IMG/VR virus record: IMGVR_UViG_3300045988_025922
Span: 1 to 42,920 of that record
Origin: a virus
DNA: 42,920 bases
Reading direction: 5' to 3' (one strand)
Shown: positions 1-10,500 of the stretch, piece by piece
Layout of the letters: the number at the start of each line of letters is the position of its first letter
Numbering within the stretch: position 1 is the first letter of the stretch
The notes under the pieces: model-generated
The model's database searches: none
What the model saw: only the letters and a program-made list of their open reading frames with translations
What the model was told of the DNA's origin: nothing
Translations under genes and position numbers: made by a program

Positions 1-55
1 TAAGATGTTCAAAACATTGTTCCGTTACCCCGTTAAAACAAACGAGGTAACGGGC
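1..55. repeat. 55-bp terminal direct repeat (second copy at 42866..42920), consistent with a circular-closure overlap
   Basis: Bases 1-55 (taagatgttcaaaacattgttccgttaccccgttaaaacaaacgaggtaacgggc) are identical to the last 55 bases of the window. The unique unit is 42,865 bp. Confidence 0.9.
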
Positions 56-1549
56 ATTTGTTTTGATAAGTTGAGCCGCATTTTTGACGGTCGTAACCCG
101 GCGTTCAACTATCAGTTTATGAATAGCGAACAACGGGACGATTGGGAGTATTACCGACAGGATGTTTTGCACGAACCGGATATTTGGAGCAATAAAGGTT
201 GGGAGTTTTTCCAAACGGAAATAAACAGCGTTTTAATTGTCGATTTAGCCGCCGAGCAAAACCCCGCCGATAAGTACCCCGCACCGTATTTCTATTGGTT
301 GCCTATTGCGTCCGTGATTGATTACAGAGCCGACCGGACAACGGGCGTTATGGATTGGATTATATTCAGACAGGACGACCGCCGGATTGCAGTAATTGAC
401 AACGAGCGTTACCGGGTATTCAGAGAAAACGACGGGGGGGATATTGGCGAAATGTTGGTTGATAACCCGCACGATATAGGTTATTGCCCCGCCCGTTTCT
501 TTTGGAACGAACCGTTGAGCCTCAAAGAACCCGATATTAAACAATCCCCGCTAACCAAGCAATTGGAGGCGTTGGATTGGTTTTTGTTTTACCATATCAG
601 TAAACGTCATTTGGATTTATACGGAGCGTATCCGATATATTCCGGGTATGAACAAAGTTGCGACTTTAGCAACGCCGAGAATGGCGACTATTGCGACGGT
701 GGGTTTTTAAAGGACAAACAGGGGTTTTATAGGTTAGACCAAGCGGGTTTGTTGTTGCGTTGCCCTAAATGCGGCGAAAGCCGTATTAACGGCGTTGGTT
801 CCTTTGTGGAAATACCAATACCGGACGGGGATAAACAACCGGATTTGCGTAACCCGGTGCAAATGTTGACCGTTGACCGTGGCAGTTTGGAATATAACGT
901 TGCCGAGGAAGAACGATTGAAAAACAATATTATTACGTCAATCGTAGGAACCAACGAGGAAATAACCACACGGGACGCACTCAACGAACAACAAATATTG
1001 GCAAACTTTGAAAGCCAATCGACCGTATTAAACCGGGTAAAGAAAGGATTTGAAGCGGCGCAACAATTCGTCGATGAAACGGTTTGCCGTTTGCGTTACG
1101 GGTCGTTGTTCGTGTCTGCAAAGGTAAATTACGGCACGGAGTTTTATTTGTCGAATGCCACGGAGTTACGGGAACGGTACAAGGTTGCCAAAGAAAGCGG
1201 CGCAAGTGAGGCAGAATTAGACGCATTGCAGAACCAAATTTTGGAAACCGAATACCGGAACAACCCAACCCAATTGCAACGTATGTTGATATTGGCAGAG
1301 TTGGAACCGTACCGCCATTTGACCCGGAACGAGGCGTTGGATTTATACGGTCGTAACCTTTTGAGTGAGGACGAATTGCGGGTAAAACTTAATTTTGCTA
1401 ACTTTGTACGGAGGTTTGAACGTGAGAATACTAATATTTTGGAGTTCGGCACACAAATACCGTTCGACAAAAAGATTGAAACCATTAATTTAAAATTTTT
1501 AGAGTATGCGAGTGAAAACAGGAACCGAGGGGAAAACAAAGGACGTTGA
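5..1549 (+). CDS. portal protein (main body; the reading frame is open upstream across the circular junction, likely start at 42675)
   Basis: 514-aa ORF lying downstream of terL and directly upstream of the scaffold and major capsid genes. The same frame is open through 42675..42869 at the other end of the window. Confidence 0.6.
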   Translation: MFKTLFRYPVKTNEVTGICFDKLSRIFDGRNPAFNYQFMNSEQRDDWEYYRQDVLHEPDIWSNKGWEFFQTEINSVLIVDLAAEQNPADKYPAPYFYWLPIASVIDYRADRTTGVMDWIIFRQDDRRIAVIDNERYRVFRENDGGDIGEMLVDNPHDIGYCPARFFWNEPLSLKEPDIKQSPLTKQLEALDWFLFYHISKRHLDLYGAYPIYSGYEQSCDFSNAENGDYCDGGFLKDKQGFYRLDQAGLLLRCPKCGESRINGVGSFVEIPIPDGDKQPDLRNPVQMLTVDRGSLEYNVAEEERLKNNIITSIVGTNEEITTRDALNEQQILANFESQSTVLNRVKKGFEAAQQFVDETVCRLRYGSLFVSAKVNYGTEFYLSNATELRERYKVAKESGASEAELDALQNQILETEYRNNPTQLQRMLILAELEPYRHLTRNEALDLYGRNLLSEDELRVKLNFANFVRRFERENTNILEFGTQIPFDKKIETINLKFLEYASENRNRGENKGR

Positions 1550-1829
1550 TATTGCCAACGTAACCCCCGAAAACTACATTGTCCCGGACAATGAGAAACA
1601 TTTGTATCATGCGGTTATCGAAATCCGCAAGTTCGACAGCGAAACGGGCAAACGTTTATCCGTCCCCCGTATTCAGAAATTCGGCAAAAAGGCGTGGGAA
1701 AACACCGTTGCCGATAACATGAAAAAACAGGGTTACACGGTAACGATTTTGCACGACCCGAACGAATGGTTGGCAGAAAAAGCCGAGGCGGACAAAGCCA
1801 AAGCCGCAAAAAGCGAGGGCGGAAAGTAA
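1506..1829 (+). CDS. hypothetical head-module protein
   Basis: 107-aa ORF. Its frame opens at 1503 just after a TAG. The ATG is preceded by AGAGTATG, the same context seen at 26103 and 41878. It overlaps the portal 3' end by 44 nt and has a Lys/Ala-rich C-terminus. Confidence 0.55.
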   Translation: MRVKTGTEGKTKDVDIANVTPENYIVPDNEKHLYHAVIEIRKFDSETGKRLSVPRIQKFGKKAWENTVADNMKKQGYTVTILHDPNEWLAEKAEADKAKAAKSEGGK

Positions 1830-1864
1830 CCGATTTTATTAACTAATAATCAAAGGGTAAGATT

Positions 1865-2824
1865 ATGGCATTAACAAGCGAAGTATTAAAGGCAAATGCG
1901 GCATTAGCCGGATTAACCGACGAACAAATTACGGCAATTACCACATTGTCGGCGAATGACGAAAATAGCGTTATTGCGAAAAAAACGGGCGAAATTTACG
2001 GCGGGTTGGATGCGGATATTTTGGAAGTATCCGGCATTGCCAAGAACGGAACCGAAAAAACGTTTGATTACGCAAAACGTGTGTTGTCCGAGTTCAAAAC
2101 CAAAGTAGAGGGCGCAACCGGGTTGCAATCCCAAATCGACAGTCTGACGAAAGAAAAGGCACGTTTGGAAAAGGCAATTGCAGACGGGGCAACCGATGCC
2201 GAAACGAAAAAGGCATTGAAGCAAGCGCAAACCGACCTTACGGCGGTAACAAACCAATTCAACGAGTTAAAAACCAAATACGACCAAGCCGAACAAACAT
2301 ACCAAACGGAGTTGTTCGGCATTCGTATTGAGGGCGCATTACAGGGAGCAACCGCCGGATTGAAGTTTAAGGCGGGATTGCCCGAAAGCGCAACAAAGGT
2401 TCTGTTAGACCAAGCCGTTGCGAAAATTAAGGCAATGAACCCCGAATTTATCGACGACGGCAACGGCGGTAAGATGTTGGCGTTTAAGGATGCGACCGGG
2501 GCAATTATGCGTAACCCGAACAATCAGTTGAACCCGTACACCCCCGGCGACCTTTTGGCAAAGGAATTGGAAACAATGGGCGTGTTGGATAAGGGACGCC
2601 AAGCGGCGGGCGGCGGTACTAACTCCCTGGCGGGCGGTGGTTCCGGTTCCGGCGGCGGTTCGGGTACAATTGATATTTCCGGCGTTAAAACGAGGGTTGA
2701 AGCATACGACGCCATAGCGGGCAACCTTATGGCGCAAGGTTTAACCGTTGGTTCGGAGAAATTCGACGCCGCAATGAAACAGGCATGGCAGGACAACAAT
2801 ATTGCCGCTTTGCCGGAAAAGTAA
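1865..2824 (+). CDS. scaffolding protein
   Basis: 319 aa, Ala/Lys/Glu/Gln-rich with coiled-coil character and a Gly-rich linker (GGGTNSLAGGGSGSGGGSG). It lies immediately upstream of the capsid gene. Confidence 0.6.
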   Translation: MALTSEVLKANAALAGLTDEQITAITTLSANDENSVIAKKTGEIYGGLDADILEVSGIAKNGTEKTFDYAKRVLSEFKTKVEGATGLQSQIDSLTKEKARLEKAIADGATDAETKKALKQAQTDLTAVTNQFNELKTKYDQAEQTYQTELFGIRIEGALQGATAGLKFKAGLPESATKVLLDQAVAKIKAMNPEFIDDGNGGKMLAFKDATGAIMRNPNNQLNPYTPGDLLAKELETMGVLDKGRQAAGGGTNSLAGGGSGSGGGSGTIDISGVKTRVEAYDAIAGNLMAQGLTVGSEKFDAAMKQAWQDNNIAALPEK

Positions 2825-2877
2825 ACAACGTGGGTAAAGGGTCAACCCAATTCAATAACAATTAAAACTTTTAAATT

Positions 2878-3981
2878 ATGTCATTAGTAGCAACAAGATT
2901 GCAGAATTGGCGGATTGAAAACCCGGAATTAGACCGGAATATGACCCGCCCGTGCGAATATGGCGCATTGGATTTTTTCATAGAGCAAACCAACGCCGCC
3001 AATTCGATTATTAACCCGAATTTGCGCGACCGTGCGTTTGCGTCGATTGGTAACACGGTACAAGTGCCCGTTATCAATTACGACGAAAACGTACAGGTTA
3101 GCAACGTTCGGTCGTGTGTTATCGCAGACAATGAAAATACGTCCGCATTGGTAACGGTCGTTTGGGCGACTTACGCCATTGGTTTTACAATGGTTCCCGC
3201 AATGTACATGAACAACGAAATTTCGTATCAGCATGACTTTTTGCGGAAAATGGAGAAAACGACCCGTGCGTTGGCAAACACGTTGGATGCCGGGGCGGTT
3301 GCCGCATTGGAAGTCAACAAAACGCAGGTTTTCAAAACCCTGCTTAACTACACGCAGACGGGGAACGTTATCGAAGTGCCAACCCAAATGGCAACGGAAA
3401 TTCTGGGCGACATTAACCCGATTATGCGGGCAAACTGTTACCCGGAATATATCCACGTTATCGGTAATGCCGGTATTGACGCCCTTATTCGTAAGTTGGC
3501 GCAACACGGCATTTACAACGACGTAAACAAGCGCATGGAGTACGACAACAAGGTTATCCACTACACGAACAACGTAGCGGATGAATCCGGCAAAATGGGA
3601 ACCATGTTTGCCGTTGCCGACGGTAACGTTGGTATCCTTACCCGTGTTGACCGTGAAGCATTGCGCCGCACCCGTGCGAATTTCCACGAATGGGACGTTG
3701 TACGTTTGCCGTACATTGATTTGCCCGTTGGTTCGCATTATTACACGGCGGTTGGCGACCAATCAGCAATCGCAGGGGACGCAACGGCGGATTTGACTTG
3801 CGCCGTTAAGGAGTATTTCGGATTTTCGGTTGACGTGGCGTATATGGTAGCTTACAACAGCAACTCGACGACCATTGCAAACCCGATTATCAAAGCCGAG
3901 ATTGCCGCACGCAACCCGAACGAACCGTTGGGAATGCCTGTTTACGTTACGAACGCCGGGGAGTTTCCCGCCGGGGCGTAA
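2878..3981 (+). CDS. major capsid protein
   Basis: 367-aa ORF after the scaffold gene, followed by a strong GC hairpin terminator. Size and position are typical of an HK97-fold coat protein. Confidence 0.7.
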   Translation: MSLVATRLQNWRIENPELDRNMTRPCEYGALDFFIEQTNAANSIINPNLRDRAFASIGNTVQVPVINYDENVQVSNVRSCVIADNENTSALVTVVWATYAIGFTMVPAMYMNNEISYQHDFLRKMEKTTRALANTLDAGAVAALEVNKTQVFKTLLNYTQTGNVIEVPTQMATEILGDINPIMRANCYPEYIHVIGNAGIDALIRKLAQHGIYNDVNKRMEYDNKVIHYTNNVADESGKMGTMFAVADGNVGILTRVDREALRRTRANFHEWDVVRLPYIDLPVGSHYYTAVGDQSAIAGDATADLTCAVKEYFGFSVDVAYMVAYNSNSTTIANPIIKAEIAARNPNEPLGMPVYVTNAGEFPAGA

Positions 3982-4003
3982 GTAAGCCGCAATTGTTTAA
4001 TCA

Positions 4004-4042
4004 AAAGGGGGGCGGGGATACAAAACCCCCGTTCCCCTTTTT
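4004..4042 (+). terminator. intrinsic terminator after the capsid gene
   Basis: aaaaggggggcgggg / loop atacaaaa / cccccgttcccctttt followed by T residues. Confidence 0.75.
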
Positions 4043-4055
4043 AATTTAACGCAGT

Positions 4056-5378
4056 ATGTACCGGATTAAAGAGATACAAGATAAATTATTGCACGTTGTC
4101 GGTTGGGAACAATCGTACAATCCCGCCGCCGCCATATCCAAGGAATTGACCCAAACGGAAAGCGGTTTATATTTTCAAGGGGCGCACCCCCTTATGACGT
4201 TGGAAAACATGGCGGCAATAGTACCGGACGATTGGGGGTATCAATACCCGGATTGGAACGATACAAAAGAATGGAAAGCCGGAACCGTGGTACATTACGC
4301 CAACGATGCGTCCGGGAATAAAAAGTATTGGCGGGCGAAAGTGGATAACGTCGCCGAGGTTCCCGCCGACGATTCGGCATTTTGGGAGCCGTACAACATT
4401 TTATCCGATTATTTGGAGCGTTTGACCCGCAACGGAATATCCACGGCGGTACAAACGTTTACACAAATAAAATCGTTGGATAAGGAAACAAAGAACCTTT
4501 TGGAGCGTCGCCCGTTCTTTGACGGGGCGGGACGTATTCGGGCGACCGTTTCCAATACACATAAATTGGTAGGCTTTGAAATTGTCCCGGTGCGGGCAAT
4601 GGGAGTTACCGCCCAAATAAACCGGATAGGCTTACAAATGACAGGGGCAACCGGAACCGTGAAAATGTATTTGTTTCATAGTTCACAGATTGACCCAATA
4701 AAGACGTTTGATTTGGAATTTACCGTTACCAACGGCGGGTTCCAATGGTTCAACCTTACGGACTGTTATTTGCCATATATCAGCGATGCCAACAACGCCG
4801 GGGGTGCGTGGTTCCTTTGTTACAACCAAGACGAATTGCCCGCCGGAATGCAGGCAATAAATATGACGAAAGATTGGAGTAACGAACCGTGCGGAACGTG
4901 TACGGGTTACGGCAATATTGAGGCATGGCGGCAAATTACCAAGTATTTACAGGTATCCCCGTTTATGATGAACGCCCCGGAAACGTTCGACGAATACCCG
5001 GAGTTGTGGGATATTGCACATACGATGTACACGAATACCCAAAATTACGGGTTGAATTGCGAAATAACCGTTGGTTGCGACCTAACGGATTTTATCGTTG
5101 AACAACGGGCGATATTCCAAACCGTTATTCAACGCCAAGTCACCGCAATCGCTTTACGGACGTTGGCAATGAATCCCGACGTAAGGGTAAACCGTAACCA
5201 ATCCAATGCGTCCAAAATGGAAATATTATACGAGTTGGACGGCAACGTTGAGGGTCGCCCCGGCGGTTTGGGTTATGACCTTAAAAAAGCATACGAGGCG
5301 TTGCGATTGGATACGCAGGGTATCGACCGCATTTGTTTGAGTTGCAACAACCGTGGCGTTAAGTACCGGACAACATAA
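4056..5378 (+). CDS. virion structural protein, function unassigned
   Basis: 440-aa ORF between the capsid gene and the tail genes. I recognised no motif. Confidence 0.5.
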   Translation: MYRIKEIQDKLLHVVGWEQSYNPAAAISKELTQTESGLYFQGAHPLMTLENMAAIVPDDWGYQYPDWNDTKEWKAGTVVHYANDASGNKKYWRAKVDNVAEVPADDSAFWEPYNILSDYLERLTRNGISTAVQTFTQIKSLDKETKNLLERRPFFDGAGRIRATVSNTHKLVGFEIVPVRAMGVTAQINRIGLQMTGATGTVKMYLFHSSQIDPIKTFDLEFTVTNGGFQWFNLTDCYLPYISDANNAGGAWFLCYNQDELPAGMQAINMTKDWSNEPCGTCTGYGNIEAWRQITKYLQVSPFMMNAPETFDEYPELWDIAHTMYTNTQNYGLNCEITVGCDLTDFIVEQRAIFQTVIQRQVTAIALRTLAMNPDVRVNRNQSNASKMEILYELDGNVEGRPGGLGYDLKKAYEALRLDTQGIDRICLSCNNRGVKYRTT

Positions 5379-5386
5379 TTGGCACA

Positions 5387-5863
5387 ATGGCGGGTTTGGC
5401 TTCAATAGAGGAATTGCGACACCGGGTTAATGAATTTAATACCGGGATTGTATCCGGTAAATTTATCCGGGACGCAATCGACGACGGGGAAACGACGGCG
5501 TTTATTATCGACGCCAACGCCGAGGAACAATTATTTGAACAAGGTATTAACCGTTTGGGCGTCGATATTATGGACTATGCGCCGTATAGTCCCCTAACCA
5601 TACAGATAAAACAGGAGAAAGGGCAACCAACCAACCGGGTAACGTTACGGGATGAGGGGGATTTTGAAAGTAGCTTTTATTTGGAGGTTGGCGACACCCA
5701 ATTTGAAATAAAGGCGGGCGATTGGAAAACGGAAGATTTGATAAAGAAATACGGGCGGCAAATATTGGGATTGACAGACGAAAATATTGCGACGTTGATT
5801 TGGCAATATGTGTACCCGGAGTTACTAACAAAAGCAAAAACGGTTATTTATGGCAATAAATAG
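5387..5863 (+). CDS. head-tail joining region protein, function unassigned
   Basis: 158-aa ORF in the morphogenesis block. It overlaps the next gene by 14 nt. Confidence 0.5.
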   Translation: MAGLASIEELRHRVNEFNTGIVSGKFIRDAIDDGETTAFIIDANAEEQLFEQGINRLGVDIMDYAPYSPLTIQIKQEKGQPTNRVTLRDEGDFESSFYLEVGDTQFEIKAGDWKTEDLIKKYGRQILGLTDENIATLIWQYVYPELLTKAKTVIYGNK

Positions 5864-6419
5864 AGTACCAACCATTGCAAACCCGGAATTGTTCGACCGG
5901 GTTATTGCAGACATTCAAAAGGGGTTAGCCGACAATTTGGGTTGGCTAACCCGGTCGTTTGGTAGGGCGGAACGATTAGTTAAGATTATCGGCGGCAAAC
6001 GCTATTATACGCCCAATGTATATGCCGGGGGGAATGAGTATTTGCCCGTGTCCCCGGACGCCAAATTGGGTAACTTTTCGTTCTTTGTATTGGACGACCC
6101 GCAAACCGTCGATTGGTTGCCAAATATCCAATCGGATTGGAAAACCCCGTTTTCCGTTATCTTTTGGTTTGATATGCGAACAATAACCAACGATGCCAAC
6201 AACCGGAATATCGAAAAAGTGAAAGCCGAGATATTGCACGTATTGAACGGCGGGTTTTGGTTACGTTCCGGGGGTATAACGATAAACCGGGTATATGAAC
6301 GGGCGGAAAACATATACAAGGGGTTCACGTTGGACGAAGTGGATAACCAATTTTTAATGCACCCTTACGCCGGATTGCGGTTTGAGGGCGTTATGAGTAT
6401 TCAACAACCATGTTTATAA
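5850..6419 (+). CDS. head-tail joining or tail tube candidate, function unassigned
   Basis: 189-aa ORF upstream of the chaperone-position gene and the tape measure gene. Confidence 0.45.
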   Translation: MAINRVPTIANPELFDRVIADIQKGLADNLGWLTRSFGRAERLVKIIGGKRYYTPNVYAGGNEYLPVSPDAKLGNFSFFVLDDPQTVDWLPNIQSDWKTPFSVIFWFDMRTITNDANNRNIEKVKAEILHVLNGGFWLRSGGITINRVYERAENIYKGFTLDEVDNQFLMHPYAGLRFEGVMSIQQPCL

Positions 6420-6426
6420 TTGAGAT

Positions 6427-6684
6427 ATGATACAATTTGCATTTTATACCGCCGTGGTCGCTTTGGTTGCGGCGTTCGGTTTGACCCTGTTAAAAAAATG
6501 GGGCGTCGTTGAGTGGGTGCAAGTCCACGGCAACGACTTTTTCGCAAAGATGTTCAATTGCGATTTTTGTTTGTCCTTTTGGGTGGGCGTCGTTTTGGCT
6601 ATCTTTGTAACAGCCATTGCCGGGAACCCTGTATTGTTGTTGGTTCCCATTTGTTCAACCATGATAACCCGGATATTGTTATGA
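6427..6684 (+). CDS. small integral membrane protein (DUF1360-like CDFCLSFW motif)
   Basis: 85 aa with three hydrophobic segments (FYTAVVALVAAFGLTLL, LSFWVGVVLAIFVTAIA, VLLLVPICSTMI). ATGA overlap with the next gene. Confidence 0.55.
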   Translation: MIQFAFYTAVVALVAAFGLTLLKKWGVVEWVQVHGNDFFAKMFNCDFCLSFWVGVVLAIFVTAIAGNPVLLLVPICSTMITRILL

Positions 6685-7451
6685 AAAAAACAACGATAGG
6701 TAAACACACAGTCGAGATATACGACGCAATAGACGATTTGCCGATGTTGCGTTTTCATAAGTTCAATAAAATGCTGTTAGTTGACGCCGGGGTTGGTTCC
6801 GACCTTGCAGAGTTCGACACGCATATTGAAAAGGCAATCCGGTATTTGCGTAGCAAGAACCCGGAGTTGGCGGAAAAAGAATTGGATAATATGCGGCAAA
6901 ACGTGTATTTCATTCAATCCGGTATCAGTCCAAAGCATTTGGCGTTTTGCGTGTTGGTTAAGTCCGTGGACGGCGTGGAGCAAAACGACCTATCCGACGA
7001 CGGATTGCAAAAGTTATTGGATATGTTCGCCGACGTTCCGCATACAGAAATGACCGCCCAATTGGAAGCGGTCAAAAAAAAAATAGACGATGAATTGCGG
7101 TTGTATTTCCCAAAGTCATTTGACGACGCAAGCGTAAAGGAGTATTTCGACGAATTGAAACGCCGCACGTTGTTAATGTTAGACCAAATAATTGACGGGG
7201 ATACAACCGACCGCCGGGCGGAAATTGAGCGAATAACAACCGATATGTTGTTATATAACAAACCCCAATCGTTTAACGGGTCGGATAGTATGGAAATTCA
7301 GTACGACAAACAGTTTGAAAATATGTGTTTGACAATTTCCCAACATTTGCATACCGACCCCAAACGATACACGGTTTTGGAGTATTACAACGCTTTTGAA
7401 CGTATAAAAGATATGTTCAAACCAAAGGGAAACCAAAAAGGGGCAAAATAA
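6681..7451 (+). CDS. hypothetical protein in tail-assembly-chaperone position
   Basis: The track ORF 6513..7451 overlaps the upstream gene. The ATG at 6681 (MKKTTIGKH...) forms an ATGA overlap with the stop at 6682-6684. The gene contains an in-frame A10 run at 7074-7083. Confidence 0.55.
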   Translation: MKKTTIGKHTVEIYDAIDDLPMLRFHKFNKMLLVDAGVGSDLAEFDTHIEKAIRYLRSKNPELAEKELDNMRQNVYFIQSGISPKHLAFCVLVKSVDGVEQNDLSDDGLQKLLDMFADVPHTEMTAQLEAVKKKIDDELRLYFPKSFDDASVKEYFDELKRRTLLMLDQIIDGDTTDRRAEIERITTDMLLYNKPQSFNGSDSMEIQYDKQFENMCLTISQHLHTDPKRYTVLEYYNAFERIKDMFKPKGNQKGAK

Positions 7452-7559
7452 GCCCGTTTGCGGCTTTAAATTGTCCGGGCGGATTAATCACGGAAAAGGA
7501 AATAAAATTGAATAGCGGGCAAATTACCCGTAAATAACAACGAAATACATTGCGGAGTT

Positions 7560-10500
7560 ATGGCAGACAATAACAACCCGATTAAATACAGCGATTTAGT
7601 AAAGCCGGATAATAGTATTACCGACCTTATTAATCAGTTAGACCAATTATCCGACGCCTATATGAACACTCTTAAAAATATAAAGAGTGAAGCAATAACG
7701 GTTAAGGCGGCATTGGCGGGGGTATCCGGGGCAACCGAGCAGGGGCGGACGTCTATACGGGGGGCGTCGTCGGATACCGACAAATTGACAAAGGCGGCAC
7801 GGGAATTGGCGTTTGCCGAAAGCGAGAACGCAAAACGGTTGGCGGAATTGCGCCAAGCCCGTAAGGAGGCAAACGATATAACCAAGCTAACGCAACGTTT
7901 GAACCAATCCGCCGAGGGTTCATATAACAAGTTATCCGCCCAATATTCCCTAAACAAAATATACCTTAACAACATGACGGTTGAGGAAAGGGAGGCAACT
8001 GAGGAAGGGCGGCAATTGGTAGAGCAAACAAAAGCCATTTACGAGGAAATGAAGCGGTTGCAGGCGGAAACGGGGAAAACGTCGTTGAACGTCGGTAATT
8101 ATTCGGATGCCGCCAAAGGATTAACAACGCAGATAGAGAACCAAACAAAGCAATTGGCGTTGTTGCGTTTGGAGGGGAAACAGGGAACCGCCGAATATCA
8201 AAATTTAGCAAAAGAAACCGCCGTATTGCGGGATGCCGTCCGGGATGCCACAAAGGAAATAACCAATATGGCGTCGGATACGTCAACGTTGGATTCTGTA
8301 TTGAGTTTGGCGGCGGGTGCATCCGGGGGATTTGCGGCATTTACCGGGGCAATGGAGTTGTTCGGGTCGGAAAGTGAGGAAGTACAGGAAGCGCAAAAGA
8401 AGTTACAGGCGGCAATAGCCATTACGACCGGGGTACAGGCAATACAAAACGCCGTACAAAAACAATCCGCCCTTATGTTGGGTATATCCCGCATACAACA
8501 AGCCGCATTAACCAAAGCAAAGGTTTACGATAGGTTGGTTACAATGCAGGGAACAAAGGCGACATTGGCGGCAACCGTGGCGCAAAAAGCGTTCAACCTT
8601 GTTGCGTCGGCTAACCCTTACGTCCTTTTGGCGATTGCTTTAATTACCGTTGTCGGGGCGTTGGTTGCTTTTTCGTCCGGGACGAAAGCCGCCGCCAAAA
8701 ACCAAGAACGTTTGAACGCCTTACAGGGTGCGTATTTGGATACGTTGGAGTTGGAAAGCAACAAATTATCCGAGGTTGCCAACGAACGGGTCAAAGCGAT
8801 TGAACGGGAATTGCAGATTGCACAAGCCCGGAACGCAAGTACCGCCGAGATACGAAAGATTGAGGACAGATTAGCAACCGAACGACGCCGGGCACATAAC
8901 GAACAAGTCGGATTTTACGGACAGGAAATAAAGGATTTGGATACCAATAAGGCAAAATTGGAACAATACCGTAAATCCCTTATTAAACTGAATGAATTAA
9001 AAGCGCAAGGCAATAAAAAAATCGTTTGGGACGTCGAATTGGACGGCAATATTGAAACGTACAAAGTTGACGACGCAATAAATATTGCACAGGCGAAAAT
9101 AGATAATTACGGGCGCATGGTTAGTATTGCCGTTGACCTTAAAACCGAGGGCGACGATATTAATACAGCCGATGCCGTCCGAGCCGCCAAACGCCAACAG
9201 GAACAAAAAGACGCCGTAAAAACCGAATTGGATTTATTGCGGAAAGCCGAGGACGCAAAAAACGCCCTTATCCAAAACAGTTACGACCGTCAACGCACAA
9301 TCGCCAAAGCCGCCAACGCCCGGCAAATTGAGGACTTGCAATATCAATTGAAAAACGATGCCAATTTAACGGCACGGGGACGGGCGGCGATTAACGCAAC
9401 AATCGTTTCGTTACGTCAACAACTGACAAACGAATTGGTCGATATGGAAAACGCAGAACGGGCGCAAATCCTATCCGCCCGCCGTGTTACCGAGGACGCC
9501 GAAATTGCGTTAATGGTTGAGGGTTCCGCCAAACAGCGGGAACAATTACGCATACAGTACGAACGCCAAATTGAGGACATACAAACCCGGTTGGATACTG
9601 AAAGGGGATTGACCGAACAACAGACAACCGAATTGTTGGCACAACAAACGGCGGCACGTCAACAGTATGCAACGGATTTGGCGAAACTCAACGACCAAAT
9701 CAATATCGACCAACTCAACAAGGAAGCCAATACAATACAATTGCGATTGGATGCCGTCCGGGAGGGTTCAGAGGAGGAAATAACTTTGCGTACCCAATTG
9801 TTGAACAAACAACGGGCATTGGAATTGGCGCAAAATCGCCAAATAGCCGCCGAATTAAGGCAGGACGAAAAGGACATAAACGCCAAATACGATGCCGAGA
9901 TATTGAAGCAAACAACCGAATTAAGCCAACAACGGGCGTTATTGCTATTCGACCAACAACAAGCGTTGGAAGCGTCGGAGTTTGATTTAATCCGCAATTC
10001 CGAGGAACGCAAAACCCGGTTCCGTTTGCAACAAGAAAAGGAACGGTTAAAAAAGATTTTGGAGTTGAACAAAACCGCCGGGGTTAAGTTGACCGAAACG
10101 GAGGTTGAAACCATTAAAAACACAATCGCCAAAATCGACCAAGAAATACAACAGAGCAAAGGCGACGAACGGGGCAAAGATATTTACGGACTGTTTGGGT
10201 TGAATTTGGACGACGACCAAAAGGAGGCAATAAATGCGTCGGTATCGTTTGCAATGGAGCAATTACAATCGTTTTTGGATGCAAAAGTTGCCGCCGCCGA
10301 TGCCGCCGTTGCCGCCGCCGATAAAGAGGTTGACAGTTCAAAACGAGCATTGGACGCCGAATTGGAAGCACGGGCGAATGGGTATGCGTCAAGTGTCGTG
10401 CAGGCGCAAAAAGATTTGGATTTGGCACGGAAAACGCAGGAAAAAGCGTTGAAAGACCAACAGAAAGCCCAAAAACAACAGGCGGCAATACAGACAATAC

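Noticed and set aside
2929-3762. 277-aa minus-strand ORF inside the capsid gene, and similar ones at 28219..28935, 32657..33289, 10184..10789 and 28683..29249
   Set aside because: These are antisense shadows of well-supported + strand genes. Their sequences are Arg/Val/Asn-rich and not protein-like, and they have no independent signals.
6513-6680. N-terminal extensions of track ORFs (6513, 17770, 20107, 21154, 24554, 29567, 33069, 34027, 35550, 36366, 36628)
   Set aside because: Each extension overlaps the 3' end of the upstream gene in another frame. Each contains an internal ATG that gives an ATGA/TAATG-type junction or a short gap, so I used the internal starts.
6681-7559. Canonical G/GT -1 frameshift chaperone pair upstream of the tape measure
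   Set aside because: No alternative frame extends beyond the slippery A10 run or across the 108-nt gap. Both shifted frames hit stops within a few codons.
7452-7559. Terminator or regulatory hairpins in the gap before the tape measure gene
   Set aside because: Only 4-5 bp stems are present (aagcc/ggctt and cggg/cccg), with no U-tract. They are too weak to call.
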